A DNA stretch of 64,000 nucleotides from Candidatus Peribacteria bacterium (GCA_943357285.1 CALRGJ010000007.1:56-64055); one strand, 5' to 3'; positions 32,901-42,579 are shown, counted from the stretch's first letter. Notes: generated by a model from the letters alone, not told the origin. A program made the numbers and translations.

Positions 32901-33225
32901 GAACAATTGAAGCATGGTAGCTATCAATTGAAGAAATTGTTTTTAAATCAAAAGTATCACGCATTTTCTGAAACAATTTCATGAAGAAATTTCCTCCATC
33001 ATATGAGGCAATTATACCATTCTGACTCTTGCTCAAATCCTCATAAATTTTTAAAGTTTCCTTGAAAATCTGTTGCAACTTTAAAGGATCTTTTTTTGAT
33101 TTATCATCAAGTGCAACAATTTTTGCATTTAATTTCTCATAAGCCTTTTTTCCGTTATCAATCGCATCAATTTTTTCTGAATGAGATTCAGGTGGTCTAT
33201 TTTTATAAATCAATCTATTTTCCAT
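26929..33225 (-). CDS. Giant (2098 aa) orphan helical protein with internal hydrophobic segments
   Basis: Uninterrupted ORF, N-terminal MENRLIYK. Confidence 0.85.
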   Translation of the reverse strand: MENRLIYKNRPPESHSEKIDAIDNGKKAYEKLNAKIVALDDKSKKDPLKLQQIFKETLKIYEDLSKSQNGIIASYDGGNFFMKLFQKMRDTFDLKTISSIDSYHASIVQRLNLLADPVDFATRVLADGSIKWDESAVRAFANDITIVADFYAFQDVNKSEEYAQYFLRAVSSQKYSLISGSEINDKEFQRWLNYNKDHYEIETSNNLVSNLPEGSKNRLGTILAELQSQGASLKSRSEFEDVLKKLGTNPENSSLVKEILMAGNLNTSGSVDKDDPLYYAPQGIYMALAWSFYKSLTTNINQDVALPAAKIVHDAHNDVYDNFPELRPSDVSQIIERSKLGDEASEDIIDGSNVTGEADKIAKEMSADTNSHLPDFKLGTNPSKELVSTAGNLFTAESDIQNLKVGIIESLNGNDQSGLDDQLNAKMDVLRKELKSLYGFDQITSLNPTIKDSIKKSINYYEAFAVALQNTLVLATSEKKIDESAALKEKDWATDFSELKHTYNVLRFCSYLPKEAVGKYKITLERARKLYLDRAVALGIPPVSTNSSSPFRLKDDDTFYREEANEYQYSPMIDVAESKDEANESFEIPEAMNRQLNRIEVIRSLATTILHTENLDDEDKSYADPIINDLNAVQSDMLNYYKHDSYDGVTPFKLDENLNSKTAFKNFLVGLKNLLTPSWSKKDFPVIKNVGYSEFERYVDKNGSVQDLRLFSSQIARDGNKFKGCYDSLMQVLQGGDNLSMETIKYAGVIVVKLEREYFKDYISSRILMAKLLQPHMAKSRDNLRNRNESLTRSGHEKAHQRASRDVRNYLGSGNNADKLIYGIRNSIKQNSPDIKDVDLDKLVGSTYSQFYDAMIEQQTEILYKTFLDHTALSSNYFEFFGHADKADQFIKADFMDSIDPNNDSWNWSDESLSAFKTIAKELAINGLAMLTGMLAGAAVARILRYGKLILNLDRFAVIARGLERGISFTKLGAEAFVFHDVVAGLRGEKTLNNLLEKGEYKKFAQLLGGEMAFFGIAHGVSWVNGFMKQGTVGRGLMKLAVTNPEMAEAVEKTIAAAAAKSPEEAVKALEIIMNRGVKLMGRKTYQKLPDEVSVLVKQGIGDVSQMRERYAKIIQKLPGQPNSPLKKVCEFLLQDLKFDVLSMILGSIAKNMIVPKDLETEMDLTSANTWMEMITMAAAFRGAFTVVKIGGKWVHKKINADTIEETLPALKTNEVELVKHIEGLKDSPAMRAKVEAKLTEIRAEIARIELELSAPRKLGDFLVPSKIARLMPRWLRQHFYNHYVDKQGNFLGSDGLRDVLLGMSKEMNFKEGVGLIRSSKRLLLSANQVLVVASKLTDIERVEFLEACAPKMTRLQTRYFMDTVGTMGIKDVPDSFKPKIDTTNNPTVLQRMRVSRWQDALMGPLQALALASALNGEPKFLDKPVERPGIVSTISAKEFNTMPELKDGSRFVVTEGAQAKEWSAEKAKNIFTKDANADQSAIIRDLEKANAPKDVVNNIKNSFDSLPDAVKPYVRIFANADTNNKTPYVVVDQEGFMSAARVEAEKMFSEFSEIGLVKASDHDAIMAQVVPGKVMQAGFPIIAILGMISGLFNVMKRPSSNAPGIVLALWYAAALGHTPIPGWAGDILDSIAGNVIPYPHNMGISWLLPLLMIWRSKKAWELSDKYGLTEKLGLPKDPNSESGKTGKGEKPKELDHKPGVQVDKDKLPGLLGKGNILADGYPGLEDVCADTSIDLATRNALKSKNAENQKSLSQLHEKLRDLFSTRLRFNTETEAQNILSNLVKWEYANLRIKELTDVLEIQTLDPKLKTKYEHELSALSQIRNDLKPEIAAIPESIAYVSEAGRVDMSNLAQSYIDVEMRAKGFNAKEIKPVKAAIGDIVNLLHRYPEIMADIESVRVMSQRLKALEPAYNKAKKLTETPLAPDSPLIEVKAFEDAETTVKLFEGLKQSHDREAGDVKGVKNKIKLSLSKALPSNPTARKLVLGAIAATLAASMYFGWKIINPEVPKPPKPPSESEKQKEKDDKDSEDESMRAIESIMDDEPAPTPEVEKEMKDSDYIDGETPPKAENEEATKENNSKPKVVKPTGNSKRDLLNKL

Positions 33226-33228
33226 AAA

Positions 33229-34314
33229 TTATAGTGAGTCAATTAAAGCTTTTCTACTCTTGGTTGAATTTTGCTGCACTCTTGTCTTATCAACAAAATC
33301 AAAACCAACTAAATCTCTTGGTGCTCCTAATGCCTTGAAATTTTTAGTACTAATCCCATTTTTTATTTCTTTAGCCTTAGTATCAATCTGATTCTTCAGT
33401 CCGATTCCTTTCAACTGAAGCGCTGGGGACAAACCATTGAATAATTTTTGAGAATGATAATCTAATTTTTCCATTTCTTTCTCATATTTTTTGATCAAGA
33501 TAGCGTATTTCTTTTCTCCATTATCCTTCATCCAATTATATAAATCTCTTATACTTAATTTAACTTTTAATCCTGTATTAGGAAGAAAACGATCGCAGGG
33601 GATGCCGGAGGCTCTTGGATATTCTGTTGGCTGAATCTGTGGTTTATCCCAATCAACGATATACGAAAGATATGCCTTCATTTGATCCCTAGCTTCTCGA
33701 AATTTAGCCAAATCAGAAACTAATTTTGCTCTACGTGGATCATTTGACAAAAGCGTGTTTCCCTTCAATGCAGCTTCTGTTCTAGATACATCTCTGTCTA
33801 GCTGAATAAACCTGTCTCCCAATTGTCTATTTCTATTATATATTTCTTTTCTCATTGATTCTACTCTTTGAAATTCGTTCAAGAATGGTTGATTGAAAGC
33901 AGTTAACTCCTTTATCTTAATTTCAAGAAAAGCCATTCTTCTATATCCCTCAACTGCTGTATTCAATTTTGCATCACCAGTATCATTAGCTTTTGGAATG
34001 TAATTTGGACTACTTGAATTAGATAATTCAGAATATTCTTCTAGCTTTTCTGGAGAGCCAGGGTTTTCTACCCATTCAGTTATTTTTCTTACCCCGCTTT
34101 CACCCATTGAGAATCCCTTTTCTACTAAGTGTACAGCTTTACCGACAATATCTGTGGAAAGAGTAACAAGCTTTGTAGCAGCATCCAATAATTCAACACC
34201 TGCTGCCTTTAATTTATCTCCTAAATCCTCAGGTCCATCAAAAATAAACCTATTCTCTTTAATAGAGAAATCAGACTTGTGTAAACATTGTAAAACTGAT
34301 TTTTTGTTTCGCAT
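33229..34314 (-). CDS. Hypothetical coiled-coil protein
   Basis: 361 aa, N-terminal ENRFIF motif, 3 nt from the next gene. Confidence 0.8.
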   Translation of the reverse strand: MRNKKSVLQCLHKSDFSIKENRFIFDGPEDLGDKLKAAGVELLDAATKLVTLSTDIVGKAVHLVEKGFSMGESGVRKITEWVENPGSPEKLEEYSELSNSSSPNYIPKANDTGDAKLNTAVEGYRRMAFLEIKIKELTAFNQPFLNEFQRVESMRKEIYNRNRQLGDRFIQLDRDVSRTEAALKGNTLLSNDPRRAKLVSDLAKFREARDQMKAYLSYIVDWDKPQIQPTEYPRASGIPCDRFLPNTGLKVKLSIRDLYNWMKDNGEKKYAILIKKYEKEMEKLDYHSQKLFNGLSPALQLKGIGLKNQIDTKAKEIKNGISTKNFKALGAPRDLVGFDFVDKTRVQQNSTKSRKALIDSL

Positions 34315-34326
34315 TTTTTATAATTA

Positions 34327-37300
34327 TTAACCAAATAACCACAACTTAAAGTCGTCCCATTTTTCACTTACCCAACCAGGAACCGTAGTTCTCTCAAAGT
34401 AAGTATCAAAATTATTTTTATCAGTTATTGATTGCTCAAGTATTCTATAGATTCTGGCATTTATTAATTCCTCCTGGTAACCTCTAGTGACAGTTCTTGT
34501 TCCAGAAAGTTTATTCTCAATGTCTTGAATTTCGACAGCAAGACTTGTTGGAAGGAAAGTCGTGCCACTTTCATCTGGAAGACCAAATTCGGAATGAATT
34601 AAATCAGTATTGGTATCGTCACCCTTCGCATTATAGTGCAATTGATATTGCAGCCTAAGCTGACTGAATGCACCGTCTTTCAAATTACCTTTGAATTTCG
34701 ATTCTAGCTGATCAAGAGCATCCCTCATTCTGTTTTGGAAAGCTTCTTCTAATTTGGTTAATTTTTTTATTGGATCATTCTTCTCGACACCATCGGCTGT
34801 TAATAATTTTTTAAACAAAGCTCTCTGTGGAGATCCAGCAGGTAAACTTAAAGGACAGCTATGTCTAGGCAATATAATTTTATCTTCAGGAACGTTATCA
34901 TTGGATGGATCAGTGTCGGCTAATCTATTCAAATATTCATCAAACTCCACAAAGTCTTTTTTGCTTGTAAGAACCTCTCTTGTATCCACAAATTGTTCAG
35001 CTGACGGCTTAGGAATCCAATCTTTGAAATTTGTAATAGCCCAGAAAGATCCAGGAGCAGGAATTGTCTCAACATTCAATAAATCTTGATTACGTTTCAA
35101 ATTAATCTGACCAACAACATAATCAACATATTGAGAATGATTTTTATACTTTTCTGCTTTTTCATATTCCTTGAAAGTAGTATTAACAAAGTCTTCAGTT
35201 ATTGTAGTACTACCTGAAGCCGCAATGATTTCCGCACTAGTAGGATTCTTTTTGCCAGAATCTACCAAAGTCTTTTTTGCTCTAGTCAAAATATCTACAT
35301 TTGCCTTTTCCGTTGAGGATAAGCTCAAATTCAAATTTGCTCCATCCATACTTGGATCATCTACAGCCGATGTATAGTAAGAAAATACTTTTACTAAGTC
35401 CGCAGCTTTTACAGCATTTCCTTTTCTCAAATCATCCATGCCATAATGAGCATATGTTTGGTCAACAAATTGTCTGTACCATGACTTATAATCATTGCTC
35501 TGAATTCCAATTTCACTGATTTTACCGAACACTCCTGATTTAAAATCATCACCCGTATAATGATCTCCATCTGCACGTTTCTGAGTGATCTGAGCACTGA
35601 ATATATCTCTCTGTTGTTCTAGATCTTTTAGAGCCGGAGTATAAATAGTATTAATTTTATCTGCTACTTCTCCCAAATTAGTTGTAGATTCAATAGATCC
35701 AACCAACTTTGAAATAACCAAAGCTTTCTGAGTTTCAATTAATCCTAATGTGTAATTTTTAGGAATAGAACCAGTAAATCCTTTCAATCCCAATCCACGA
35801 GTAGGATCTGCTAATGTAGCCTTCGTGAACCACTCAGGAATATTTTGGAATAAATTGAAGAAATATGACTCTGGTGCATTTTCTATTAATTTTTTCCATG
35901 AATCAGTAACATTAACCATCTCCTGATTATCTTTCATGACATCACCCAATTCCTCTGCAAATCCACTTCCACCTTTTAACAGTGATTGTTCTTGAGAAGA
36001 AGGCTCAAAGCTAAATTGCTTAGAGTCCTTGTCATATTTTATAACCGCTTCAATACCTTTTTTACCAATTTTTACTTTAAATAATCCGTCTTCTGGAGTT
36101 CCTTCGTCAATTTTTAATTTTCCAGCAGTAGCAAAATATCCAAGGGCCTTAAATTCTCTTTGCTCAATTAATCTTCCCAATACATTTCTCTCAACATATT
36201 TCTCAGCAGAAGTTTCTCCATCCAAAATCAACATCTGACCTAATTCATCAGGCTTCACAATCGTCGATGCATTTTCCTTTTCAGTAACACCCAAATCCGC
36301 TGCACCTTTAAACTTAGTAGTTGCCTTCCATTCACCTGATTCATAGGTCAAGCCACCGATATTTTTATTTTTCTCCTGCAATTTCTTCAATAATTCTCCC
36401 ATCCTATCCTCAACTTTCTTCACTGCTTCCTCAGCACCTCTCTTTCCACCCTCAAGTGGAATAAATTTAAATTTAGTACCAGGTGTAGCATTGTATCCAA
36501 GCTTGTCATTGTAATCGCTCTGTAAATAAATTCTGTAACCTTCCTTCACGGCAACAACCACGATAGGGAAGCCTTTCAAATGTCCGGCAATATGGCCACT
36601 TCCAGGTTTCAACTCAGTAGTGTTATCTAAGGTAAATCCATTGTTTTCCAAAACTTTATCAGTTCCAGCCAACATTTTATCTTTAATTTCTTGTGGTTTT
36701 TTGCCTGACAAGAATCCGGAACCAACACTTTCTGGAGCGTACTGTCTAGCAGCCTCCAAAAGTTTCCAAACTCTCAAGTCACTTCTTCCTGGATCTGTCA
36801 GCATCATCTCGTAAGTAAGTCCTGTATATTTTGGATGATCCTTAAACAAAGTCTTTTCATAAACCACAGGCAACGCCAACGCCAATTTATACAACTGGTG
36901 TCCAACGCGCGCGTATTCTCTTTCAACAGCATCTCCAGGCTTATTAATATCCTGATCTTTTTTAAAAGGCCAAGCATTTTTTAGATCCGGGAATAAATCC
37001 GGAAATTCTCTAGGATGAATAAATTTATCAACTCCACTTGTCTTTGAGCTCTTTAAAAAGCTATCAAGATCAGTAAGTTTTTGTTCAGACATTTTAAGTA
37101 CAATTCCGTAATCCAAATCAGCAGTTTCCTTAGCAACGGCACTCTGACTCAAAATATTTTGCATAGACTCCATTGGAGTTCCTTTTACTTCAGAATTCAT
37201 ATCTTTAAATCCAGCCATCTTTAATACATCGTAACCGGCATTTTTCAAAAGTTTATCAGCCCCATAAATTGCGGCACCCCACATTGCCCAAGTCTTAATA

Positions 37301-38325
37301 TCAAATCCGCCACCACCGCCATGAGCACCGTGAGCATCACCATGTCCACCGCCACCAAAAAGTTTGGCACCAACAGTTTTCCATAATGCATATGCACCAA
37401 CGGCATAAATACCAAGTGTTGAATAATCTCTATCTCTTGCGGCTTTTTGTAAAACTGAAATATTACTCTTAACAAAATCCACAGCTGTAGTTCCAATAGG
37501 ATCCACTCCTTGTTTTGATTGAGTTTCGCGAGTATTTCTCGCGCCTGTATCTTGAACCATCGCTCTTGCTCTTACCTGAGTCAATGACTCGAAAGCTTTT
37601 AAATATGCTTCACCACCCAAGAAGTTTCCTTTAGCAGCTAAGCCAGAAATGTCTGCTTTGCTTTTGTCAGAAAGAGAATCTTTAAATGCTACAATATATT
37701 CACCATTATTTTCTGCAAAATATGGATTACTTTTATCGGCAGCTCCATAAAGAACGGCAAACATTGTACCATAATATTCAGCATCCTTCGGGTAATTCAT
37801 AATACCTAGATTCACAAAATCTTTTTTGATTTTATCCAATCCTTCAGTAGTAGAGTGATCCCATGTTTGAGCATTGATTTTTGAAGTATCAATTCTCAAC
37901 CAATCAAGTTTATTAGTCTGCTCAGTTGCATCCTTTTCCAAGAATTCTTTAACCGGCAATTTTACTTCGATTGATTCTTTAAATTTTTTCTTAGCTTCCT
38001 CATCTTTTGCTTTCTGTTTACGTTGTTCTTCAGTATCAACTTCTATACCACGTCTAGGAAGTCTTTCAGCTTTTCTCAATTGTTCACGTCTTCTTTCGCT
38101 TACATTTTTCACGCTGCCCATTTTTGTTTCTACTTTTGCTTTCCCAATCTTTTCTCCAACTTCTATTTTCTCTGCATCGTCTGGTTTTCCATCTTTATCG
38201 TCTTCGTCAGTATCATCTGTTCTTGTCTCATCCTCAGCGCCTCTTGGCGCAGTCTTATAAACAAATCTCGCTTCATGAAAGAGCGAATTTAAAACCCTAA
38301 ATGTGTGCAATATTTTCTTTTCCAT
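34327..38325 (-). CDS. Large (1332 aa) orphan protein with two hydrophobic segments flanking a Gly/His loop
   Basis: Uninterrupted ORF, N-terminal EARFVYK. Confidence 0.85.
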   Translation of the reverse strand: MEKKILHTFRVLNSLFHEARFVYKTAPRGAEDETRTDDTDEDDKDGKPDDAEKIEVGEKIGKAKVETKMGSVKNVSERRREQLRKAERLPRRGIEVDTEEQRKQKAKDEEAKKKFKESIEVKLPVKEFLEKDATEQTNKLDWLRIDTSKINAQTWDHSTTEGLDKIKKDFVNLGIMNYPKDAEYYGTMFAVLYGAADKSNPYFAENNGEYIVAFKDSLSDKSKADISGLAAKGNFLGGEAYLKAFESLTQVRARAMVQDTGARNTRETQSKQGVDPIGTTAVDFVKSNISVLQKAARDRDYSTLGIYAVGAYALWKTVGAKLFGGGGHGDAHGAHGGGGGFDIKTWAMWGAAIYGADKLLKNAGYDVLKMAGFKDMNSEVKGTPMESMQNILSQSAVAKETADLDYGIVLKMSEQKLTDLDSFLKSSKTSGVDKFIHPREFPDLFPDLKNAWPFKKDQDINKPGDAVEREYARVGHQLYKLALALPVVYEKTLFKDHPKYTGLTYEMMLTDPGRSDLRVWKLLEAARQYAPESVGSGFLSGKKPQEIKDKMLAGTDKVLENNGFTLDNTTELKPGSGHIAGHLKGFPIVVVAVKEGYRIYLQSDYNDKLGYNATPGTKFKFIPLEGGKRGAEEAVKKVEDRMGELLKKLQEKNKNIGGLTYESGEWKATTKFKGAADLGVTEKENASTIVKPDELGQMLILDGETSAEKYVERNVLGRLIEQREFKALGYFATAGKLKIDEGTPEDGLFKVKIGKKGIEAVIKYDKDSKQFSFEPSSQEQSLLKGGSGFAEELGDVMKDNQEMVNVTDSWKKLIENAPESYFFNLFQNIPEWFTKATLADPTRGLGLKGFTGSIPKNYTLGLIETQKALVISKLVGSIESTTNLGEVADKINTIYTPALKDLEQQRDIFSAQITQKRADGDHYTGDDFKSGVFGKISEIGIQSNDYKSWYRQFVDQTYAHYGMDDLRKGNAVKAADLVKVFSYYTSAVDDPSMDGANLNLSLSSTEKANVDILTRAKKTLVDSGKKNPTSAEIIAASGSTTITEDFVNTTFKEYEKAEKYKNHSQYVDYVVGQINLKRNQDLLNVETIPAPGSFWAITNFKDWIPKPSAEQFVDTREVLTSKKDFVEFDEYLNRLADTDPSNDNVPEDKIILPRHSCPLSLPAGSPQRALFKKLLTADGVEKNDPIKKLTKLEEAFQNRMRDALDQLESKFKGNLKDGAFSQLRLQYQLHYNAKGDDTNTDLIHSEFGLPDESGTTFLPTSLAVEIQDIENKLSGTRTVTRGYQEELINARIYRILEQSITDKNNFDTYFERTTVPGWVSEKWDDFKLWLFG

Positions 38326-38431
38326 TTGTACAATTTTTATTTTTGTATCAAGTCATTATACCAAAAAACGCCCCCTTTTACAATCCTGGGGGGTCATATA
38401 CTTACACACATTCAGTTGACAGAAATTCAGT

Positions 38432-38806
38432 CTATGATGCTTGAATTTCGTTGAATTTCTTAATAAAATTTTGGAAAAACACCGTCATTCCGGCATAAAT
38501 TTTTTCCATCAAATTTGGATACATCATCGCAAATTCAATCAAAGTATCTTCATGCTTCATCCATGGCATTGTTACAGCCGTCTGATTTATGAATTCACGC
38601 AAACGCTTCGCCATTTCGTCATCAAGATTATTCCAAATACTGAAAATTAGGTGATCTTTAGTTTGACGCTTCAGCATGCCCATTACTAGGGCTTTATACA
38701 CCTCATCGCGAGGGTCAATATTCAGCTGCGCAACAACAGCTTCGTACAAACTATCAGCATCCTGAAATATTTTTGCAGCGTCTTGTTGTGATTGATTATT
38801 ATTCAT
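38432..38806 (-). CDS. Hypothetical protein
   Basis: 124 aa, 14 nt downstream of the 1252-aa gene. Confidence 0.75.
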   Translation of the reverse strand: MNNNQSQQDAAKIFQDADSLYEAVVAQLNIDPRDEVYKALVMGMLKRQTKDHLIFSIWNNLDDEMAKRLREFINQTAVTMPWMKHEDTLIEFAMMYPNLMEKIYAGMTVFFQNFIKKFNEIQAS

Positions 38807-38820
38807 TTGAATTTTTAGTA

Positions 38821-41800
38821 TTATGCAGCTTTCTTGTGATCATCATGTTTAGCATGATCATCTACTTTCGCGGCATGCGCATCTGGCTTAGCATGGTCGT
38901 CCTTTTTCTCACCATGCGCATCATGTGCACCATGAGCAGCATCATGAGGCTTAGCATGATCATCTTTCTTTTCTTCATGACCTACTTTTACTTCAGCTCC
39001 ATGTGGAGCATCGATCTTAATTCCAAGTGCCGTAGCGACCATATCAATTTGCTTCTTGTATTTAGCCAAATCAACAAATGGAGAATCCGGAACTTCAATC
39101 GCTTCTAAATCAGATTTAGGTTCATGAATTTTCATTAACTCTGCACGTTCATCAGCTTTTTTCTTATTTCTATCTGCGTACCTAGTATCTGCATATTTTA
39201 CTTTGCCCCATTCGCCACTCACAGTACCTGTCACCGTTTCTGCTGTACCTTTCGCTACGCCGCTAGCTTTTTCTTTCGCATAGCCCATGATTCTTGCAGT
39301 GTCATTTTTCACTGAATCTCTAAGCCCTGGCAATGGAGTCCATTTATTAGCTCTGAATAAGTTAATGAAACCAACTAATGGTTTCGCAGCTAAAAGTAGG
39401 GGATACTTTGCCGCTCTCACAGGTAGTAGGGCAGTTTGGAAACCAAGAGCCGTTCCGAGCTTAGTCGCGCCCCAGACGCCTTTACCAGCGATCTTGAGCG
39501 GTGCGAATACACCAGCCGCAAGAGCCTTTTTGCCTACGAATGAACCGGCATCATGTAATTTATCTTTTAACCATTGAGCATATGGCGAATTCCAATATTT
39601 GGCACCAGCACTGTCTGCAGAAAATTCTACGTCTACTTCGGCTTCTTTTGCCTCTTTAATTAAAGATTCCAATTTATGATCATATATTTCAGAACTAAAT
39701 TTTCCAGATCTAAATTGATCATTCAGATCTTCATATTTCATGTCTAAAACCTTCTTTTTGTTTTCTTTCGCTTTCCCTCCTTTAGTTTCCACTATTGAAA
39801 AATGCGCTTTCATTATTGGCTTAATTTTTTCCATCTGAGCCTTGAATGCATCATCTACGACTTTGCTGATTCCAGCTTTATCCATGTGCGCATCCACTCC
39901 CATTTGTTTAGCCAAAAGTGTTTTTAATTTTTTCTCGAGCTTCACAGATTGAATAGACTTAACGTCTCCATCAAAATCTTGGAACGCCACTAATACAAAG
40001 AAAGCATTTTTATAGTTTAATTTACCGAATGTGAAAAGTTTTTCTATACTTTCCCAATCCTTCAAGTCATCAGGCTTGATGCCTTTTAACGGCTGAACAA
40101 CTTTATCTCCTTCTTTATATTTAAAGTTTAGGAGTCTCTTTCTTACATTTGCAAATTTCGCCGTTTCCATCGCCTCAGCAGTTCCACGTTGCGCCAACTC
40201 CGCATATCCTTCATCCGTCTGCAAAGTCGCCACATCCTCCGCAAGAATCATCGTCACAAGCTTATTGTGATCCATAGGGGACATGTCTGGGAATTGCTCA
40301 CCAACTAGAGCTCCAATAATACGTTTAGCAGCATCAGCATCAGTGAAGTTTTTTTCTTTCTCTGACTTGGCTGTTTCTTTGTCCAATTCTTTCTTTGCAT
40401 CTTTTGTCGCTTTTGATTTTTCAGCAGAAGCAGCATCGAAGTCCGCTAGCAAGCTTTGGACCCTATCACTATCTCCAAACAGGCCATGAAATTCTCCATA
40501 TAAATTGATCAGGTCTTGAGGATCAAAATTGCCATTATCCAAATTGATTTTCTGTAACTTTGAAGAAATTGAAGCTGCAATACCATGATGACCGCCATGT
40601 TCTGCATTAGCATGATGAGCACCACCAATATGCTTACCAATATCAATATCCAAATGCTCAGCCTTTACAGACTTTATAACTAATTTTGTTAATTCATCTT
40701 TAAATTCCTTTGCTTTTGAAGCAATTAAAGTTAAACGTTTATGTTCGTCTTTTAGTGCACCAAGGTCTTCAGCTTTTTTTTCATTCTCGTTCTCCATTAT
40801 TTCCCTTTCTTTCTCGCGAACAAAATCATCCTTTTTAAGCTTACCCATTTCATTCAACGCCCTTTCTATCGAATCGCTAGATCTAATGGATGTTTTTTTA
40901 AGAGAAATTTGTTCATCTAAATAGGCAATTCTAGCATTTAATCCCAAACCTGATTTTTCCTTTTGCTTTAGTAATGAGGCCTTCTCTTCTTTTAATTTTT
41001 CCAGTTTCTTTGGATCAGATTCCTTCCCAATTTCCTTCTCCTTTGCATCAAGGCTATTTTGAAGTGATTTCGCCCCCTTATCCTTCTCTGCCTTCCAGTC
41101 TCCAATTGCCACCGCCAACTGGCTTCCACCCTCCACTACATTGGTGAAACTATCATGACTCGAAAAATATTTATAAACATCCTGTAGTTCGTGTTCTTTA
41201 TGCTCAGCTTCATGATGCAATCTTTCTAAACGCTTCATTTCAGCTCCACTTTTCTTTTTAGGGAACGCAGCGTTGATAATCCAACTTTCAAAAGTAACCA
41301 TTTTTGCTGCTTCAAGCTCATTTTTTGCTTTTACCTCTTCTTCTTTTACCTTTTCAAGATTTGATTTTGGCTGCTGTAGTATTTTTTCAAACTCTTTGAC
41401 GAAAACATCAAATCCAGCAGTGATAAATTCAAGCAATTCTCTATCGTTTTTTGAACCCTTAAATTTAGCCAAAAAATCTTTGCATAGTTTTTTTGACTTG
41501 GCTTTATTTTCATCATTGCTCGCATCTATTTCGCTAAAACTATCGTTAAGGTGAGACACCTTCTCCTCAATCTCACTGGCTAGCTGCATTCTATCTGTTG
41601 ATATGCCACCAACCTCTTCAACTGTTGCCTCCAATTTTGTTAAAAAATCTCCAAGTTTATCACTGTAAAATTCTTCAAGAGCATCAGCATCTCCATGCAA
41701 GTTTCTATAAGATTCCAAATGCACCTTACACAAATTTCTTACGTTTGAATCAAAACTTTCATCTTTAGCAATTAAAGCAATTTTTCTTTCTACGTATGCA

Positions 41801-42579
41801 AGCGTAGCTCTATAATCTTGTTTCTCAGACTTTAAATAATGGTCACGCGCATCTAGAAAAAGATTATTCAGCTTTTCTTGTTTTGATACATCATTCTTTA
41901 ATTGACTCAAGCCACTTGCTTCAAGGAATTTTAAACCTAACGGCTTTAAAGTTTTAAAATCTTCGGCAGCTTTGCTATAGCTAGAAAGAACTGCACTTTC
42001 TGATGCAACTTTACCCCTAGCTTTGGCATATTCGTCCTCAGCAGCGAGAATTTTTGCCTTAATTTTAGGCTTAATTCCTATTGTATCTGATTCAGAAGCT
42101 GCTTTAAGTCTACTAAATGCAGATTTCAATTCTGACCTGCCTTTTAATTTATCCTTATCCTCAATAGGGAATTTCAAAATACCTTTCAAAAGGTCAGCAC
42201 TAGACTTACCAATAGTATCCAAAGCATCATCATTACCCTCAAGCATAAATCTTCCATATACCATTCTGAATGCTTCACGGAAGGCTTTAGCACGGGCAAT
42301 TTTCTCCTTATCTTCAGCAGTCTTCTCGGTGTCATCCTTCATTTTTGTTAAAGCTGCAGTCTTTGCATTATCAAAAGTTTTTTTGAAGGAAGTACCGAGA
42401 GCCTCGCTCAAAGCTTTATCGCCTTTTATTTTTTCAACCACGTCGTTGGAGATCATTCCAATCTTTTCCGCAGACGCCAAAACTTCCTCAATATTTTTGG
42501 GTTCATTTGGAATTTCCAATGCACTTAATTGAGCATCTTCGAACTGTTGTCTTTTTTTGTCCAAACCTCCGTCAGCCAT
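38821..42579 (-). CDS. Large (1252 aa) coiled-coil protein with amphipathic/hydrophobic region and His-rich tail
   Basis: Uninterrupted ORF, DDHAKP repeats at the C-terminus. Confidence 0.85.
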   Translation of the reverse strand: MADGGLDKKRQQFEDAQLSALEIPNEPKNIEEVLASAEKIGMISNDVVEKIKGDKALSEALGTSFKKTFDNAKTAALTKMKDDTEKTAEDKEKIARAKAFREAFRMVYGRFMLEGNDDALDTIGKSSADLLKGILKFPIEDKDKLKGRSELKSAFSRLKAASESDTIGIKPKIKAKILAAEDEYAKARGKVASESAVLSSYSKAAEDFKTLKPLGLKFLEASGLSQLKNDVSKQEKLNNLFLDARDHYLKSEKQDYRATLAYVERKIALIAKDESFDSNVRNLCKVHLESYRNLHGDADALEEFYSDKLGDFLTKLEATVEEVGGISTDRMQLASEIEEKVSHLNDSFSEIDASNDENKAKSKKLCKDFLAKFKGSKNDRELLEFITAGFDVFVKEFEKILQQPKSNLEKVKEEEVKAKNELEAAKMVTFESWIINAAFPKKKSGAEMKRLERLHHEAEHKEHELQDVYKYFSSHDSFTNVVEGGSQLAVAIGDWKAEKDKGAKSLQNSLDAKEKEIGKESDPKKLEKLKEEKASLLKQKEKSGLGLNARIAYLDEQISLKKTSIRSSDSIERALNEMGKLKKDDFVREKEREIMENENEKKAEDLGALKDEHKRLTLIASKAKEFKDELTKLVIKSVKAEHLDIDIGKHIGGAHHANAEHGGHHGIAASISSKLQKINLDNGNFDPQDLINLYGEFHGLFGDSDRVQSLLADFDAASAEKSKATKDAKKELDKETAKSEKEKNFTDADAAKRIIGALVGEQFPDMSPMDHNKLVTMILAEDVATLQTDEGYAELAQRGTAEAMETAKFANVRKRLLNFKYKEGDKVVQPLKGIKPDDLKDWESIEKLFTFGKLNYKNAFFVLVAFQDFDGDVKSIQSVKLEKKLKTLLAKQMGVDAHMDKAGISKVVDDAFKAQMEKIKPIMKAHFSIVETKGGKAKENKKKVLDMKYEDLNDQFRSGKFSSEIYDHKLESLIKEAKEAEVDVEFSADSAGAKYWNSPYAQWLKDKLHDAGSFVGKKALAAGVFAPLKIAGKGVWGATKLGTALGFQTALLPVRAAKYPLLLAAKPLVGFINLFRANKWTPLPGLRDSVKNDTARIMGYAKEKASGVAKGTAETVTGTVSGEWGKVKYADTRYADRNKKKADERAELMKIHEPKSDLEAIEVPDSPFVDLAKYKKQIDMVATALGIKIDAPHGAEVKVGHEEKKDDHAKPHDAAHGAHDAHGEKKDDHAKPDAHAAKVDDHAKHDDHKKAA

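Noticed and set aside
24240-38835. Shared C-terminal KKAA as a ClpXP degron in two orphan proteins
   Set aside because: Only two short instances in K/A-rich proteins; could be chance
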